Below are positions 1 to 9,714 of a stretch of 40,346 nucleotides of DNA, piece by piece. Below the pieces are notes generated by a model. The model saw only the letters and a list, made by a program, of their open reading frames with translations, had not been told where the DNA came from and made no database searches. Every line of letters begins with the position of its first letter. Position 1 is the first letter of the stretch. The DNA is from a virus (taxonomy: Duplodnaviria; Caudoviricetes): IMG/VR virus record IMGVR_UViG_3300020045_004664, positions 1 through 40,346 of that record. One strand, given 5' to 3'. The position numbers were made by a program, and so were the translations under genes.

Positions 1-32
1 TTTTTATGCTGTTTCTCAGTATTTTCATCCAT

Positions 33-200
33 CTAATTTCTAAAAGCTTTTAATACTGCCTCCTCTACTATTTTAGCTCCTCCGTATACGTTCTTACCAT
101 AGTTCTTTACGCCATTAAATACAGCGTTAGCTGCTTTCTTTAGTCCTGGACGTATGTGGGGTTTAGGAGCACCTGGTCTGTTTATTGGAAATCTAATCAT
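33..200 (-). CDS. small hypothetical protein (55 aa, MIRFPINRPG...)
   Basis: Hand-translated ORF below the track cut-off. It overlaps the upstream stop and is followed directly by another ATG at 32 (MDENTEKQHK..., runs off the window). Confidence 0.5.
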   Translation of the reverse strand: MIRFPINRPGAPKPHIRPGLKKAANAVFNGVKNYGKNVYGGAKIVEEAVLKAFRN

Positions 201-387
201 TTTGTATTTCTTTTATCTTGGGTATTAAGATGAGGTTAATATAATCTTTCATTCTGCGAGTAAATTCTTTATCGGTTTCTATTACATCTTGAATTTTACC
301 GGTTAATGTGTTCTTATTCTTGCCGAGCGTAATTGCTTCTTCGGCATCCTTTATCTCTTGGTTTAAAAACTCTATTAGCTTATTCAT
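193..387 (-). CDS. hypothetical protein
   Basis: 64-aa ORF translationally coupled to the end of groEL. Confidence 0.6.
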   Translation of the reverse strand: MNKLIEFLNQEIKDAEEAITLGKNKNTLTGKIQDVIETDKEFTRRMKDYINLILIPKIKEIQND

Positions 388-1918
388 CCTTTTGCTCTTC
401 GCTTATATCGCCTCCTATTGATAAAAATATAGCTGCCTCACTTACTGCGTATTGTAGCACACTCTTTACTACTTTAACTGCGTCTATAATACCTTCTTTA
501 TACATATCTTCGACTATTGTATTATCTAATGCATTATATCCTATTGTCAAGCTCTTTGACTCTCTTATTTTATCTATTATAACATCAGGGCTTCCGTTAG
601 AGTTATCCACAATTTGTCTTAATGGAGCTTCTATTGCTTTTATAACTATGTCATACCCCAATCCTATTTCTTCATTCTTATGAGGAGCAAAACTGAATTG
701 TTTAATCACATTAATAAAAGCACAGTTACCACCTATAACAATACCTTCTTCTAATGCTCTCTTAGTCTCATTAACACCATCTTCTATCTTTAACTTTAAG
801 TATCTTATCTCAGCTTCACTATTAGCTCCTACCTTTATTATAGCTATGCCATTCTGTAGTTTAGCTATTCTTTCATCATATTGGTCTTTACCCCACTTAG
901 ATTCTGTTAGCTCTCTGCGTGTTTTTAGTGTGTTTATCCATTCCTTTATATTAGCGGAACTTTGAATGATTGTGGTGTCCTTTGTGGATAAGACCTTTTT
1001 AACCTTACCTAACTTGGGTGGCTTTGTGGTATCAGTCCACACTTCAGCACCTGTTAATACACATAAGTATTCTACACAATACTTCTTCATATATACTGAT
1101 CCTGGAGTATTAATGGCCAATACATTAAATAACGAATTGAATTTACTAAATGCAAATATCTTTAATACTGATTCGTCTATATCTTCTGCAATAATGAATA
1201 GTTCTTTAGAGTTCTTCTTTACCAAACTATCTAATATAGGCTGAATTTCTCCAAAGAATGATATCTTTTTATCTATAATAAGCACTGGAATATCTTTGTA
1301 TTCAGCTTCTAGTTTCTCTCTATTAGTAACCATATAAGGACTTATGTAGCCCTTGTCAAACTTAAGCCCCTCAGCTATTTCACTTGTAATACCAAATGAT
1401 TGTGATTCCTCTACAGTTACAACACTGTCTAAACCAACCTTTTCTACTGTTTCAGCTATTACTTTACCAAGTTCTTCACTTTCTGTTGATATAGTAGCTA
1501 TTTCTCTAAGCTTTCCTTTAACAGGCTTAGCCATTCTGTCTAGCTCTGCGCATATATCTTTTACAGCCAAGTTCATACCCTTCTTTAATAGATTGGCATT
1601 AAACCCTTTGTTTATAAGCTTTAAACCTTCTGTGACTACTGCTTGTGTAATGATTGCACTCGCTGTTCTACCACCACCAACATCATCAGAAGTCTTTTGT
1701 ACTACTTCCTTGATGAGCATAGCTCCCATATTCTCTATTGGGTCTCGCAAGTTAATCTCTTTAGCTATACGCCCACCATCATTAGCTATGATAGGATGTG
1801 TTCCATTCTCTATGATTACATTCTTGCCTCGTGGGCCGATAGTTATCTTTACTGCATCTGCTACCTTATCTAGGCCAGCTTTTAATTTGTTTATATCGTT
1901 GCTTATTGTTTTAGACAT
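380..1918 (-). CDS. groEL: GroEL/Cpn60-like chaperonin (divergent)
   Basis: Motifs VADAVKITIGPRGKNVII, ENMGAMLIKEV, EGLKFDKGYISPY, ERIAKL..GIAIIKVGA, ALEEGIVIGG and GIIDAVKV. The likely start is ATG 1918 (MSKTIS), not the track's 1990. There is no C-terminal GGM tail. Confidence 0.95.
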   Translation of the reverse strand: MSKTISNDINKLKAGLDKVADAVKITIGPRGKNVIIENGTHPIIANDGGRIAKEINLRDPIENMGAMLIKEVVQKTSDDVGGGRTASAIITQAVVTEGLKLINKGFNANLLKKGMNLAVKDICAELDRMAKPVKGKLREIATISTESEELGKVIAETVEKVGLDSVVTVEESQSFGITSEIAEGLKFDKGYISPYMVTNREKLEAEYKDIPVLIIDKKISFFGEIQPILDSLVKKNSKELFIIAEDIDESVLKIFAFSKFNSLFNVLAINTPGSVYMKKYCVEYLCVLTGAEVWTDTTKPPKLGKVKKVLSTKDTTIIQSSANIKEWINTLKTRRELTESKWGKDQYDERIAKLQNGIAIIKVGANSEAEIRYLKLKIEDGVNETKRALEEGIVIGGNCAFINVIKQFSFAPHKNEEIGLGYDIVIKAIEAPLRQIVDNSNGSPDVIIDKIRESKSLTIGYNALDNTIVEDMYKEGIIDAVKVVKSVLQYAVSEAAIFLSIGGDISEEQKDE

Positions 1919-2142
1919 ACAAGGGAAGTTAAACTTACTAATATTAGTTCCTGACCATCGAGTTTCACAGGAGTTCCATATTGATAACACACAATATCAC
2001 CCTTTTTAAGGTCAAATTCATAATCATCTGTTTTGCCTTTAAATGGATATGCTACTTCGCCCGTTTTTACTTCATCTTTGTCTTGATAGCCCCATTTATT
2101 TTCTTCTTTAATCTCTTTGAGGAGTAACTTAAATGTTCGCAT
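1903..2142 (-). CDS. groES: GroES/Cpn10-like co-chaperonin (divergent)
   Basis: 79 aa directly upstream of groEL. TGEV, LKKGDIV and YGTPVKLDGQELILV resemble the GroES beta-barrel pattern. Confidence 0.75.
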   Translation of the reverse strand: MRTFKLLLKEIKEENKWGYQDKDEVKTGEVAYPFKGKTDDYEFDLKKGDIVCYQYGTPVKLDGQELILVSLTSLVCLKQ

Positions 2143-2148
2143 ATATAC

Positions 2149-2649
2149 TTATTTTACCATACTTATAATATAATGTGCAAGTGTTTCATGCACTGATTCG
2201 ACTATTCCATAATCATTTGATTTAACATAAATCTTAATATCTGGTTTAAATTTACCTCCTTTAAATCCTACAAATCCTATCGTTTTTAGTCCTAATCTTT
2301 TAGCTTCTTTGATTGCCTTTAATATATTGGGAGAATTACCTGATGAACTAATAGCGACGAGTATATCAGGGGGATGCATAAAATTCTTTATTTGTTCGCT
2401 ATAGACACAGTGATAACCCATATCATTAGCATATGCTGTTAAAGTTGGAATATTATCTGATAAACAAATAGCCTCTATGCCTCCTATTTTAATCAAATCA
2501 TTGGCAAAATGAGAAGCGATAGCTGATGAGCCACCGTTTCCTATCAAATACACTCTGCGTTTCTGTTTCAATAGACTAATAAATTCATCTAGACTAGACT
2601 GAGAAACACTAGTAAATGCTTTATTAAATTGTTTAAGATACTGTTTCAT
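2149..2649 (-). CDS. gmhA: SIS-domain phosphoheptose isomerase (sedoheptulose-7-P isomerase)
   Basis: GNGGSSAIASH, TAYAND, AISSSGNSPNIL and VESVH are GmhA motifs. Confidence 0.9.
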   Translation of the reverse strand: MKQYLKQFNKAFTSVSQSSLDEFISLLKQKRRVYLIGNGGSSAIASHFANDLIKIGGIEAICLSDNIPTLTAYANDMGYHCVYSEQIKNFMHPPDILVAISSSGNSPNILKAIKEAKRLGLKTIGFVGFKGGKFKPDIKIYVKSNDYGIVESVHETLAHYIISMVK

Positions 2650-3601
2650 ATACTATTTCACTACCATGATTAGTCAACTTTATATCAACTTCTCTCCATT
2701 CTGCGAGAGCTTTTCTAACTTTAGATTGATTGTGAGGTGGAACAATCAACATCATAAAACCACCACCACCTGCACCCATAAGTCTTCCACCCCAAGCTCC
2801 ATTAGTAATACCAAGATTATACATTCTATCTATTTCCTCATCTGAAATTCCTGGCGCTAGTCCTTTTTTAAGTTCCCACATTTCACTTAATAAACTTCCT
2901 ATACCTTTAAAATCTTCTTTCTCAAGTCTTTCTAAAAATACAGGAACAGCATCTGATATCTTTTTAAGAGTTTCAAAATTATCTACTATCCTAGTTTTAC
3001 TAACTTCTAACAAGTTTTTAGCTTCTCTTGTTTTAGCCGTGTAGAAAAACATTAAATGTTTCTCAAAATCATTTTTAGTTTTAGAACTAAGATGGATAGG
3101 ATGTACTTTTACCATTCCATCTTTATTAAAATCAATCATATTCAATCCTCCATAAGATATGGTATATTGGTCTTGTTTACCTGCCCCTTCTTTCTTCTCT
3201 ATTTCGTAAGATTCTCTGGCTAGATATTCTGAATATGTAGAATTGCCTAAAAATCTATTGAGTCCCTTTAAAAGACCTATAGTAAATGCACTAGAAGAAG
3301 ATAGTCCTATTCCCTTGGAGGGCAAATCTGCAATAGATACAATCTCAATTCCTTTCTCAATACCTAATTTTTGTAAAATATTACGCACTCTTGTATGTTG
3401 TACTTCGGCACTTGTTAATACATTCTCAGTATGTGAATATGAAACTCTTATATCTCCACTAAACTTTTTTGATATTGCGATATAAACACTTTTGTCTATT
3501 GTACTACTAATCACTCGACCTGGATATTTTGTGTAAAATTCCTCATAGTCAGTATAACCTCCAACAAAACTTATTCTTAAAGGTGTTTTAACTAATATCA
3601 T
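2633..3601 (-). CDS. hddA: GHMP kinase, D-glycero-alpha-D-manno-heptose-7-phosphate kinase-like
   Basis: KTPLRISFVGGYTD, ADLPSKGIGLSSS, GKQDQY and GAGGGGF motifs. Adjacent to gmhA. Confidence 0.85.
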   Translation of the reverse strand: MILVKTPLRISFVGGYTDYEEFYTKYPGRVISSTIDKSVYIAISKKFSGDIRVSYSHTENVLTSAEVQHTRVRNILQKLGIEKGIEIVSIADLPSKGIGLSSSSAFTIGLLKGLNRFLGNSTYSEYLARESYEIEKKEGAGKQDQYTISYGGLNMIDFNKDGMVKVHPIHLSSKTKNDFEKHLMFFYTAKTREAKNLLEVSKTRIVDNFETLKKISDAVPVFLERLEKEDFKGIGSLLSEMWELKKGLAPGISDEEIDRMYNLGITNGAWGGRLMGAGGGGFMMLIVPPHNQSKVRKALAEWREVDIKLTNHGSEIVYETVS

Positions 3602-4317
3602 TTAAGTAAATGTTTATACTTATCTCGGTTGTTTACAATCTCTTCAGGTAATTCTGATTCATCAACCCATAATTTGAAATCTCGACCTAAATAATCAAGA
3701 TTATGTTTGAATGCCAAAGGAATGTTGTTATGAACCACAGGGATATTAAAATGTTGGTCGCTATAACTCTGCACTTTGTACTTGAGATTATCTTGACCTC
3801 CCATATTAGTGAAATGCCATCCTAGATAATCATCACTTAATACTGCTTTAGACCTTAATTCGTTTAAACTCTTTGATTTCAAAGTTCCATATTTACATAC
3901 AACTGGGCCTAGCCTAAAATCTTCTGAAGAACGGTTATTAAGCCAATAAGTATATTGACGAAGTTTTATTTTTGTCATATCAGACAAACTGACTGCTTTT
4001 CTTTCCCATATTTCATCACAATCACCCATTACAACAGTATCTTCGTCATCTAAATGCATTAAACAATTCTTTATCATCTCTCGCTGATTAGATTCATTTA
4101 TGAAGTAGGGAGTAGTGTCAGGCTTTAAGTCTTTTATTTGAGTAAAGAAATGATATGAAACTTTTGGTAAATTGATAGGATGAGATTCTTTCTTATTATG
4201 ACTAAATGTTTCTCCAAACTCCACCACTACAAATTCATCCACATAATCCTTTAAGATGTTATATCTTAAATCAAATATCTCTCGTTCCCCATTATATAAA
4301 ATTGCATCTACTATCAT
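3598..4317 (-). CDS. GT17-family (beta-1,4-N-acetylglucosaminyltransferase-like) glycosyltransferase
   Basis: YNGE..LR...L...VD.FVVVE, E..QR, DCDEI and GWHFT pattern of GT17. Confidence 0.75.
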   Translation of the reverse strand: MIVDAILYNGEREIFDLRYNILKDYVDEFVVVEFGETFSHNKKESHPINLPKVSYHFFTQIKDLKPDTTPYFINESNQREMIKNCLMHLDDEDTVVMGDCDEIWERKAVSLSDMTKIKLRQYTYWLNNRSSEDFRLGPVVCKYGTLKSKSLNELRSKAVLSDDYLGWHFTNMGGQDNLKYKVQSYSDQHFNIPVVHNNIPLAFKHNLDYLGRDFKLWVDESELPEEIVNNRDKYKHLLK

Positions 4318-5030
4318 AGTATTTTAAGCATGGCCTTAGTTTTTAATTCATTATATTCAGGTGTGCAATGTTTAGCATAGTTACTAGATGTTTTGTAATG
4401 GAACATAAAGGGAAGTATGTCTACACTATAAGGATGAGGGAAATCTTTAAGTAATTCATTTGGCTCATCTAGAACTTCTCCTCTTTCTATAAACTTAATC
4501 TTTGGATTATGCTTTTGAATATATCCATTGATAGCTGAACCTACATCTTGATAGTTTTTTCCATCCAGACAAGCAAAACTAAAACTAATGTCATCTGCCT
4601 TAATTTTATCCATATCAAATATCATTAGACCAGTCCAAGGCCACACTTTACCATCTGTATATAAAGGACAAAAAGCCATATCATATCCATTTAGCAAATC
4701 TTTGAATGATACATCTTTGGTGAAAAACAAATCACCATCCATTATGGCTAATATACCTTTTACCTCTTTGAAATCTTTCCATAAAAAGTTTAATGTATCT
4801 CTTACTAAAGCTGAGGGTTCTGTCTTACCCTTTTGATGGGCAACTTTTAAATATCCAGTTTGCAATCTATCACATTCTTCAAATATTTCTTTTGGTTTAT
4901 CTTGTCCAAAATAAGAGTTATTTGCTACTATATAATAAAAGTCATCCTTTAAATACTTTTTAGCTGAATTATATTGTAATTCAATGAAATCTGGTCTATT
5001 AGAATGTAATGTAAGTAATGTTACCGCCAT
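4314..5030 (-). CDS. hypothetical GT-A-fold-like protein
   Basis: IMDGDLFF DxD motif and WTGLMIFD. Sits inside the glycan operon. Confidence 0.5.
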   Translation of the reverse strand: MAVTLLTLHSNRPDFIELQYNSAKKYLKDDFYYIVANNSYFGQDKPKEIFEECDRLQTGYLKVAHQKGKTEPSALVRDTLNFLWKDFKEVKGILAIMDGDLFFTKDVSFKDLLNGYDMAFCPLYTDGKVWPWTGLMIFDMDKIKADDISFSFACLDGKNYQDVGSAINGYIQKHNPKIKFIERGEVLDEPNELLKDFPHPYSVDILPFMFHYKTSSNYAKHCTPEYNELKTKAMLKIL

Positions 5031-5611
5031 AATGTATATAATCCTCGTTCCATTATTTGTGCTTCTCCAGGATATCTATCCCATTCTAAATACGACCTCA
5101 ACTTTTCATAAAATGCCTTAGGATGTTTTAGTATATTATCTTTTGTTAATATGTAATTAGAACCAGGGGCAAATGGTATATAATCCATTGTACCAATTCC
5201 TAATATCTCTTGCAATTCATATGGTACCATTTTATTCTTGCACGGATAGACTCCGAGATACCACATATCATTCCTCTCATAATACATACCATCCACATAT
5301 CTACACACAGGTTCATATACTTTGTGATTTTGAGTAAGCAAAGGTTGGAACTTTGTTTTATCAAGGGCATCAAATTCTTCTTTCAAAATATAATTAAATA
5401 GATTTGCCTTCGTATAAACAGCAATATTAGGAAGGTTGTCGTAATTATCTATTATGTAAGTAAATTTGTCGTAAATGTCAGTACCTATGTTTTTTACCAC
5501 AATGCTATCTTTCATAGGCTCATCACTACGGTCGTACATGATAACCTCTGTATCAGGATAGTCTTTCATCCAATCCATATTATGATTGTATCTGCTTATT
5601 ATCCATTTCAT
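5021..5611 (-). CDS. DUF3431-like protein (putative glycosyltransferase-related)
   Basis: IISRYN..MDW, YIIDNYDNLP, FAPGSNYILTKDNILKHPKAFY and MER..W pattern. Confidence 0.6.
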   Translation of the reverse strand: MKWIISRYNHNMDWMKDYPDTEVIMYDRSDEPMKDSIVVKNIGTDIYDKFTYIIDNYDNLPNIAVYTKANLFNYILKEEFDALDKTKFQPLLTQNHKVYEPVCRYVDGMYYERNDMWYLGVYPCKNKMVPYELQEILGIGTMDYIPFAPGSNYILTKDNILKHPKAFYEKLRSYLEWDRYPGEAQIMERGLYTLWR

Positions 5612-6366
5612 ATATATGTAAATCTTTTATAATAATTCTGTGGCATTGACCATTGTTTTATATTGTGTCTAGCCCAGTATCGTGGCGCAATTATCTTTTT
5701 GGCGTTCTTATTAAGGAGTGCAGGAAATATTGCAAAACTAGAATTAGAAATAATAAGATAGTGAGCATTCAATATAGAAGTCCAATCATCTGCTATTTCG
5801 TGGCTTATTTCAAAATTAGGGAAGTATTGGCGAGCAGTAATTATATCATCTGTAACGACCTTTAAGACTATATTGGGTTTAAGCTTTCGTATCTCAGTAA
5901 TAGCATCATCGTAATACTCTTTAGTCAACATTAAATCAGGATATAAAGTAAACTCGCCACCTCTGAAAGCTATAACGCATATCTCGTCATAAAATCCAGC
6001 CAACAACTCAGGATTAATATTAAGCCATCCAAGTATTTTATCCATATGATGTTCAAAATATCGTGAGTCCTGAAATTCTCCATCTATGATAGTGTTGTCT
6101 TCTATAAAATTAAATTCAGGATTGTAATAATTTGTTTCTTCTTTCCATACACTCATATTCAGTGGTGGTAGAATATCTCCGAATACTTTTCCCGTATCAA
6201 TATTCATGAAAGATTTTCCTTTGAATCCCATCTCCTTTCCCGAACTATCAGGATTATAAATCATACCGAAATCCACTCCCAAATCAAGAGCTTTAACTCT
6301 AGTCGCCACATAGCGGTGCAACTGGTTGCCAAGCCCCGAACCTTGATGAAATATCCCTGCTATCAT
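5608..6366 (-). CDS. GT11-family (alpha-1,2-fucosyltransferase-like) glycosyltransferase, divergent
   Basis: GLGNQL, DGEFQ, FRGGEF, VVTDD and IISNSSF motifs. Confidence 0.75.
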   Translation of the reverse strand: MIAGIFHQGSGLGNQLHRYVATRVKALDLGVDFGMIYNPDSSGKEMGFKGKSFMNIDTGKVFGDILPPLNMSVWKEETNYYNPEFNFIEDNTIIDGEFQDSRYFEHHMDKILGWLNINPELLAGFYDEICVIAFRGGEFTLYPDLMLTKEYYDDAITEIRKLKPNIVLKVVTDDIITARQYFPNFEISHEIADDWTSILNAHYLIISNSSFAIFPALLNKNAKKIIAPRYWARHNIKQWSMPQNYYKRFTYI

Positions 6367-6992
6367 ATAAGATTTGCGTATTGTTGATTGCGACCATTTA
6401 ATTTATGGAACCCAAAAGGTTTGTCTACATCTTGATTCTCTGGCAATTCATGCTCTCTACTAAAGTGTTTAGCAACTTCTAACGGGGCAAACTTAACTCC
6501 AAAATGTTGCAAGAGTCTTCGGTTATGGCAAGTTAAAAATCCATCTTCATTGCAATTTCCAAAATAAGGTCTCCATGCAAACTCCATTTCATAGGGTAAA
6601 TTAAGTAATCTTTTACTTCTAAAACTAACTGCCCCATTTCCTACCCTAATTATCTCTCCATCAGGACTTCTGTAAGAAAAATCATCCTGAGGTAAAGGCC
6701 AAGGGGCACCTATATAATCATAATTAAACCAATCATTGTTCCACATTTCAGGATTTACGATAAATCCATCATCTTGAATGGTTACGCAATAATCTGTATC
6801 CACAAACTCTCGTAATCTATATATCATTGCATTACTATATTCATCAAGATTCTTCATTGGAACTCCAGTAATTAGTTTGACTGCACCCCAGTCTATACCA
6901 AGACTACTATATTCAAGAGCTTTAAAATGCCCCATTTGGTTTTTAGAAGTCATACATATTAAAGTTACATTAGGTAATTTAATTTTTTGCAT
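6363..6992 (-). CDS. DUF5672-like protein (putative glycosyltransferase)
   Basis: IQDDGF, YDYIGAPW, VGNGAVSFRSKRLL, NEDGF, A.HFS.E and FGFH pattern. Confidence 0.7.
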   Translation of the reverse strand: MQKIKLPNVTLICMTSKNQMGHFKALEYSSLGIDWGAVKLITGVPMKNLDEYSNAMIYRLREFVDTDYCVTIQDDGFIVNPEMWNNDWFNYDYIGAPWPLPQDDFSYRSPDGEIIRVGNGAVSFRSKRLLNLPYEMEFAWRPYFGNCNEDGFLTCHNRRLLQHFGVKFAPLEVAKHFSREHELPENQDVDKPFGFHKLNGRNQQYANLI

Positions 6993-8157
6993 AATAATCT
7001 TTAAATACCTTTATTATGTAATCTAAATCAGATTTTTTAAGGCGAGGATGACAAGTAATCCAAAATGAATGTTTCAATATCCAATCCGATTCTCTTAATA
7101 TTCCATGAATACGATATTTACTATCTTTGTATGCTGGATGTTTTGTTATATTTCCACTAAACATACTACGAGTTTCTATGCCATGCTTTTCAAGATATGG
7201 AACTAATGTCTTTCTATTATCAAAACCACAACTTAATGGAAAAGCAAACCAGCATATATCTGCATTTGGTGACCATTGAGGTCTGATTAAATCACCAATT
7301 CCTGCGAGACCTCTATATAAATAATTAAAATTCTTTTGTCTTAATCTTTTTATTTTATTACTCTTTCGTAATTGCACTCTACCCATCGCAGCCTGAAGTT
7401 CTAGTATTTGAAAGTTGTAACCTATTTTGTCGTAGACGAACCGTGGATTGTAGTCCTTCGGGAGGGTTTTGACTTTGTGTGGTTTGTTTGTTTCAAATTG
7501 CCTACCCCAGTCTCGGTACTGTCTGACAGCATTAGCCAACTTACTATCGTTAGTAAATACACCACCTCCAACACCCATAGAAACAATATGAGCTGCGTGG
7601 AAACTTGTAATTGATATATCCCCAAAAGAGCCAACGGACTTGTCACCGATACGACTGCCCCAACCATCACAATTATCTTCAATGACTTTGACATTATATT
7701 TACGAGCCACTTTCATCAGTCTTGGCATATCACAGGGATTGCCCACTGCATGAACGGCTATTATACATTTAACCCGACCTTTACTTTTAATGATTGCTTG
7801 CTCTACTTCATCTACATCAAAATTATAAGTACCTACTTTAGCGTCCACCACAACAGGGACAAGATTGCACTGGAAGATAATATTAAATATAGTAGGGAAT
7901 GTAACGGCCGAGATGATGACTTCAGAACCTTTGGGAAACTCCAGAGCTGCAAGAGCAAGCAACCCAGCACTAGAACCACTATTAGTAATAACTCCATATT
8001 TCATACCCAAGAACTTAGCAGATTCTTCTTCCATTTTTCTAGCCTCAGAAGCAGTCTGCCAGTTGCCTGTTTTACGGCTTTTATTAACTGACTTTATAAT
8101 AGCATTGACTTCAGCTTTACCAATCAATGCACCACCATATCTTAAATCTAGAGCCAT
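6979..8157 (-). CDS. DegT/DnrJ/EryC1/StrS-fold PLP/PMP enzyme, RfbH(DdhC)/ColD-type 3-dehydratase
   Basis: NSGSSA, HAVGNP, EDNCD, RDWGR and GYN motifs. SFHAAHIVSMGVGG has His at the position of the usual Schiff-base Lys. Confidence 0.85.
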   Translation of the reverse strand: MALDLRYGGALIGKAEVNAIIKSVNKSRKTGNWQTASEARKMEEESAKFLGMKYGVITNSGSSAGLLALAALEFPKGSEVIISAVTFPTIFNIIFQCNLVPVVVDAKVGTYNFDVDEVEQAIIKSKGRVKCIIAVHAVGNPCDMPRLMKVARKYNVKVIEDNCDGWGSRIGDKSVGSFGDISITSFHAAHIVSMGVGGGVFTNDSKLANAVRQYRDWGRQFETNKPHKVKTLPKDYNPRFVYDKIGYNFQILELQAAMGRVQLRKSNKIKRLRQKNFNYLYRGLAGIGDLIRPQWSPNADICWFAFPLSCGFDNRKTLVPYLEKHGIETRSMFSGNITKHPAYKDSKYRIHGILRESDWILKHSFWITCHPRLKKSDLDYIIKVFKDYYAKN

Positions 8158-9149
8158 TGTTTATTCTCAAGAGTCCAATCAATCGACCTTTTCCAAGATT
8201 CTTCAAAATCTTCTGGTGGTTTCCAACCCAAATTCTTTAATCTGTCTCCTGAAAGTGCATAACGCCTATCATGGCCTGGTCGACTTTTGTGAAAATCCTC
8301 AAATTTATATTTTAATTCCTTATCTAAAAGACGAGCAGTCATTTGAGCCAATTCAAGATTGTTAAGTTCTGTCTCCCCAACGATATTGTATTGAGATGGA
8401 ACTAATACGAAGTCTTCAATATAATGCGCTGGTGGTAATTTATTAACTATGTATAGGACAGCATCTGCCGCATTCCTAGCGTGGATATAGAACCTTGAAC
8501 CTATATCTTCTGGCTTGCCATGTACTGTTACTTCTTCCCCATTGTAAATCTTCCTTAAACATAAAGCAGGAAATTTCTCTGCATCTTGTGTTTGTCCTAT
8601 TAGGTTCATAGTGTTTGTGATAATGATAGGCACATCATAAGTTCTCCAATAAGAGAATGCTATAGCTTCTTGTGCTGCTTTTGACGCACTATATGGATTA
8701 GAAGGACGAATAGGTGAACCTTCTTTAAAATTAATTCCCTTAGGAGCTGGCCCATAAACTTCATCGGTTGAAAACTGTAAAAATAATTTAGGCTTAATCT
8801 CTCTTGCTAATTCAAGCATAGTGAGAACAGATTGTACATTCCCTAATACAAAAGGAGCAGGGTCTGTGATTGACCTGTCTACATGTGAATTGGAAGCTAT
8901 GTTTAATATATAATCTATCTTACCAATTCTCTTTTTAGTTTGTTCTGTAAAAGGAGCTTCCAAATCATGACGAATAATAGTGACTCTATTTTTATCTTGG
9001 TCTTTCCATGCATTCTCTACTCTTTCAGGTGTTCCTTTATGTTTCCACGATACAATACAAACTATCTCCCAGTCTGTGTTCATTAATAAATGACGAAGCA
9101 AATGAGACCCAAAAAATCCACTAGCTCCTGTTAAAATTACTCTTTTCAT
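8148..9149 (-). CDS. rfbB: dTDP-glucose 4,6-dehydratase-like SDR
   Basis: TGASGFFG, SHVDRSI, STDEVYG, PSNPYSASKA and RPGHDRRYAL motifs. Confidence 0.88.
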   Translation of the reverse strand: MKRVILTGASGFFGSHLLRHLLMNTDWEIVCIVSWKHKGTPERVENAWKDQDKNRVTIIRHDLEAPFTEQTKKRIGKIDYILNIASNSHVDRSITDPAPFVLGNVQSVLTMLELAREIKPKLFLQFSTDEVYGPAPKGINFKEGSPIRPSNPYSASKAAQEAIAFSYWRTYDVPIIITNTMNLIGQTQDAEKFPALCLRKIYNGEEVTVHGKPEDIGSRFYIHARNAADAVLYIVNKLPPAHYIEDFVLVPSQYNIVGETELNNLELAQMTARLLDKELKYKFEDFHKSRPGHDRRYALSGDRLKNLGWKPPEDFEESWKRSIDWTLENKQWL

Positions 9150-9714
9150 ATTTTTTGTTTATTATTTTATGCTCTGCTAATTTATCTTTATCTGTTAATA
9201 TATTAGTCATTTGTCCATCATGAATTCCAATATTGATTCCTATACTATCTAAAATCTTAGGTGGCCCATATTCTTCATAAAGTCTTTTATATAAATCACA
9301 ATCTAGTAACCAACTCATTCTTTCATCAAAAAATAATGCATTCTTCCTTCTCATGGTTAAAGCAGATGGAGACCCAAGTTTATTATTCCCTTTTATTATA
9401 TCATCAGTCCAATAAGGATGAGGATTTGTATCTGCTCCTGTAATTAACCAATCATCCATAAATTCAAAGTTATCTACTATATCTTGTAGTGCCCTATCAT
9501 GTGCAAGCCAATCATCCATATACAATATCTTTACTAAATCTCCTTTTGCTTCTTTGATAGAGGCATTAGTGTTTTCCGCCATCCTGCCTTTTTCTGTTAT
9601 TACTATTTCATAATCTTGAAATGTCTGAGACCGAATACTATGTAAGGCTCTTTCTAAAAAGAATTCCTTGTTCTTCATTCCATGCGTTGGTATGCAAATT
9701 GAAAGTTTAGGCAT
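9121..9714 (-). CDS. GT2-family glycosyltransferase
   Basis: LSICIPT, SIRSQTFQDYEIVI, LYMDD, GSPSA and FDE....LDCDLY motifs. Confidence 0.85.
   Translation of the reverse strand: MPKLSICIPTHGMKNKEFFLERALHSIRSQTFQDYEIVITEKGRMAENTNASIKEAKGDLVKILYMDDWLAHDRALQDIVDNFEFMDDWLITGADTNPHPYWTDDIIKGNNKLGSPSALTMRRKNALFFDERMSWLLDCDLYKRLYEEYGPPKILDSIGINIGIHDGQMTNILTDKDKLAEHKIINKKYEKSNFNRS

Noticed and set aside
603-611. Second perfect DnaA box TTATCCACA
   Set aside because: It lies within groEL coding sequence (IVDN); a single 9-mer there is plausibly chance.
1919-1990. Extended GroEL N-terminus in the ORF track
   Set aside because: It overlaps groES in another frame. GroEL similarity starts at MSKTIS (1918).
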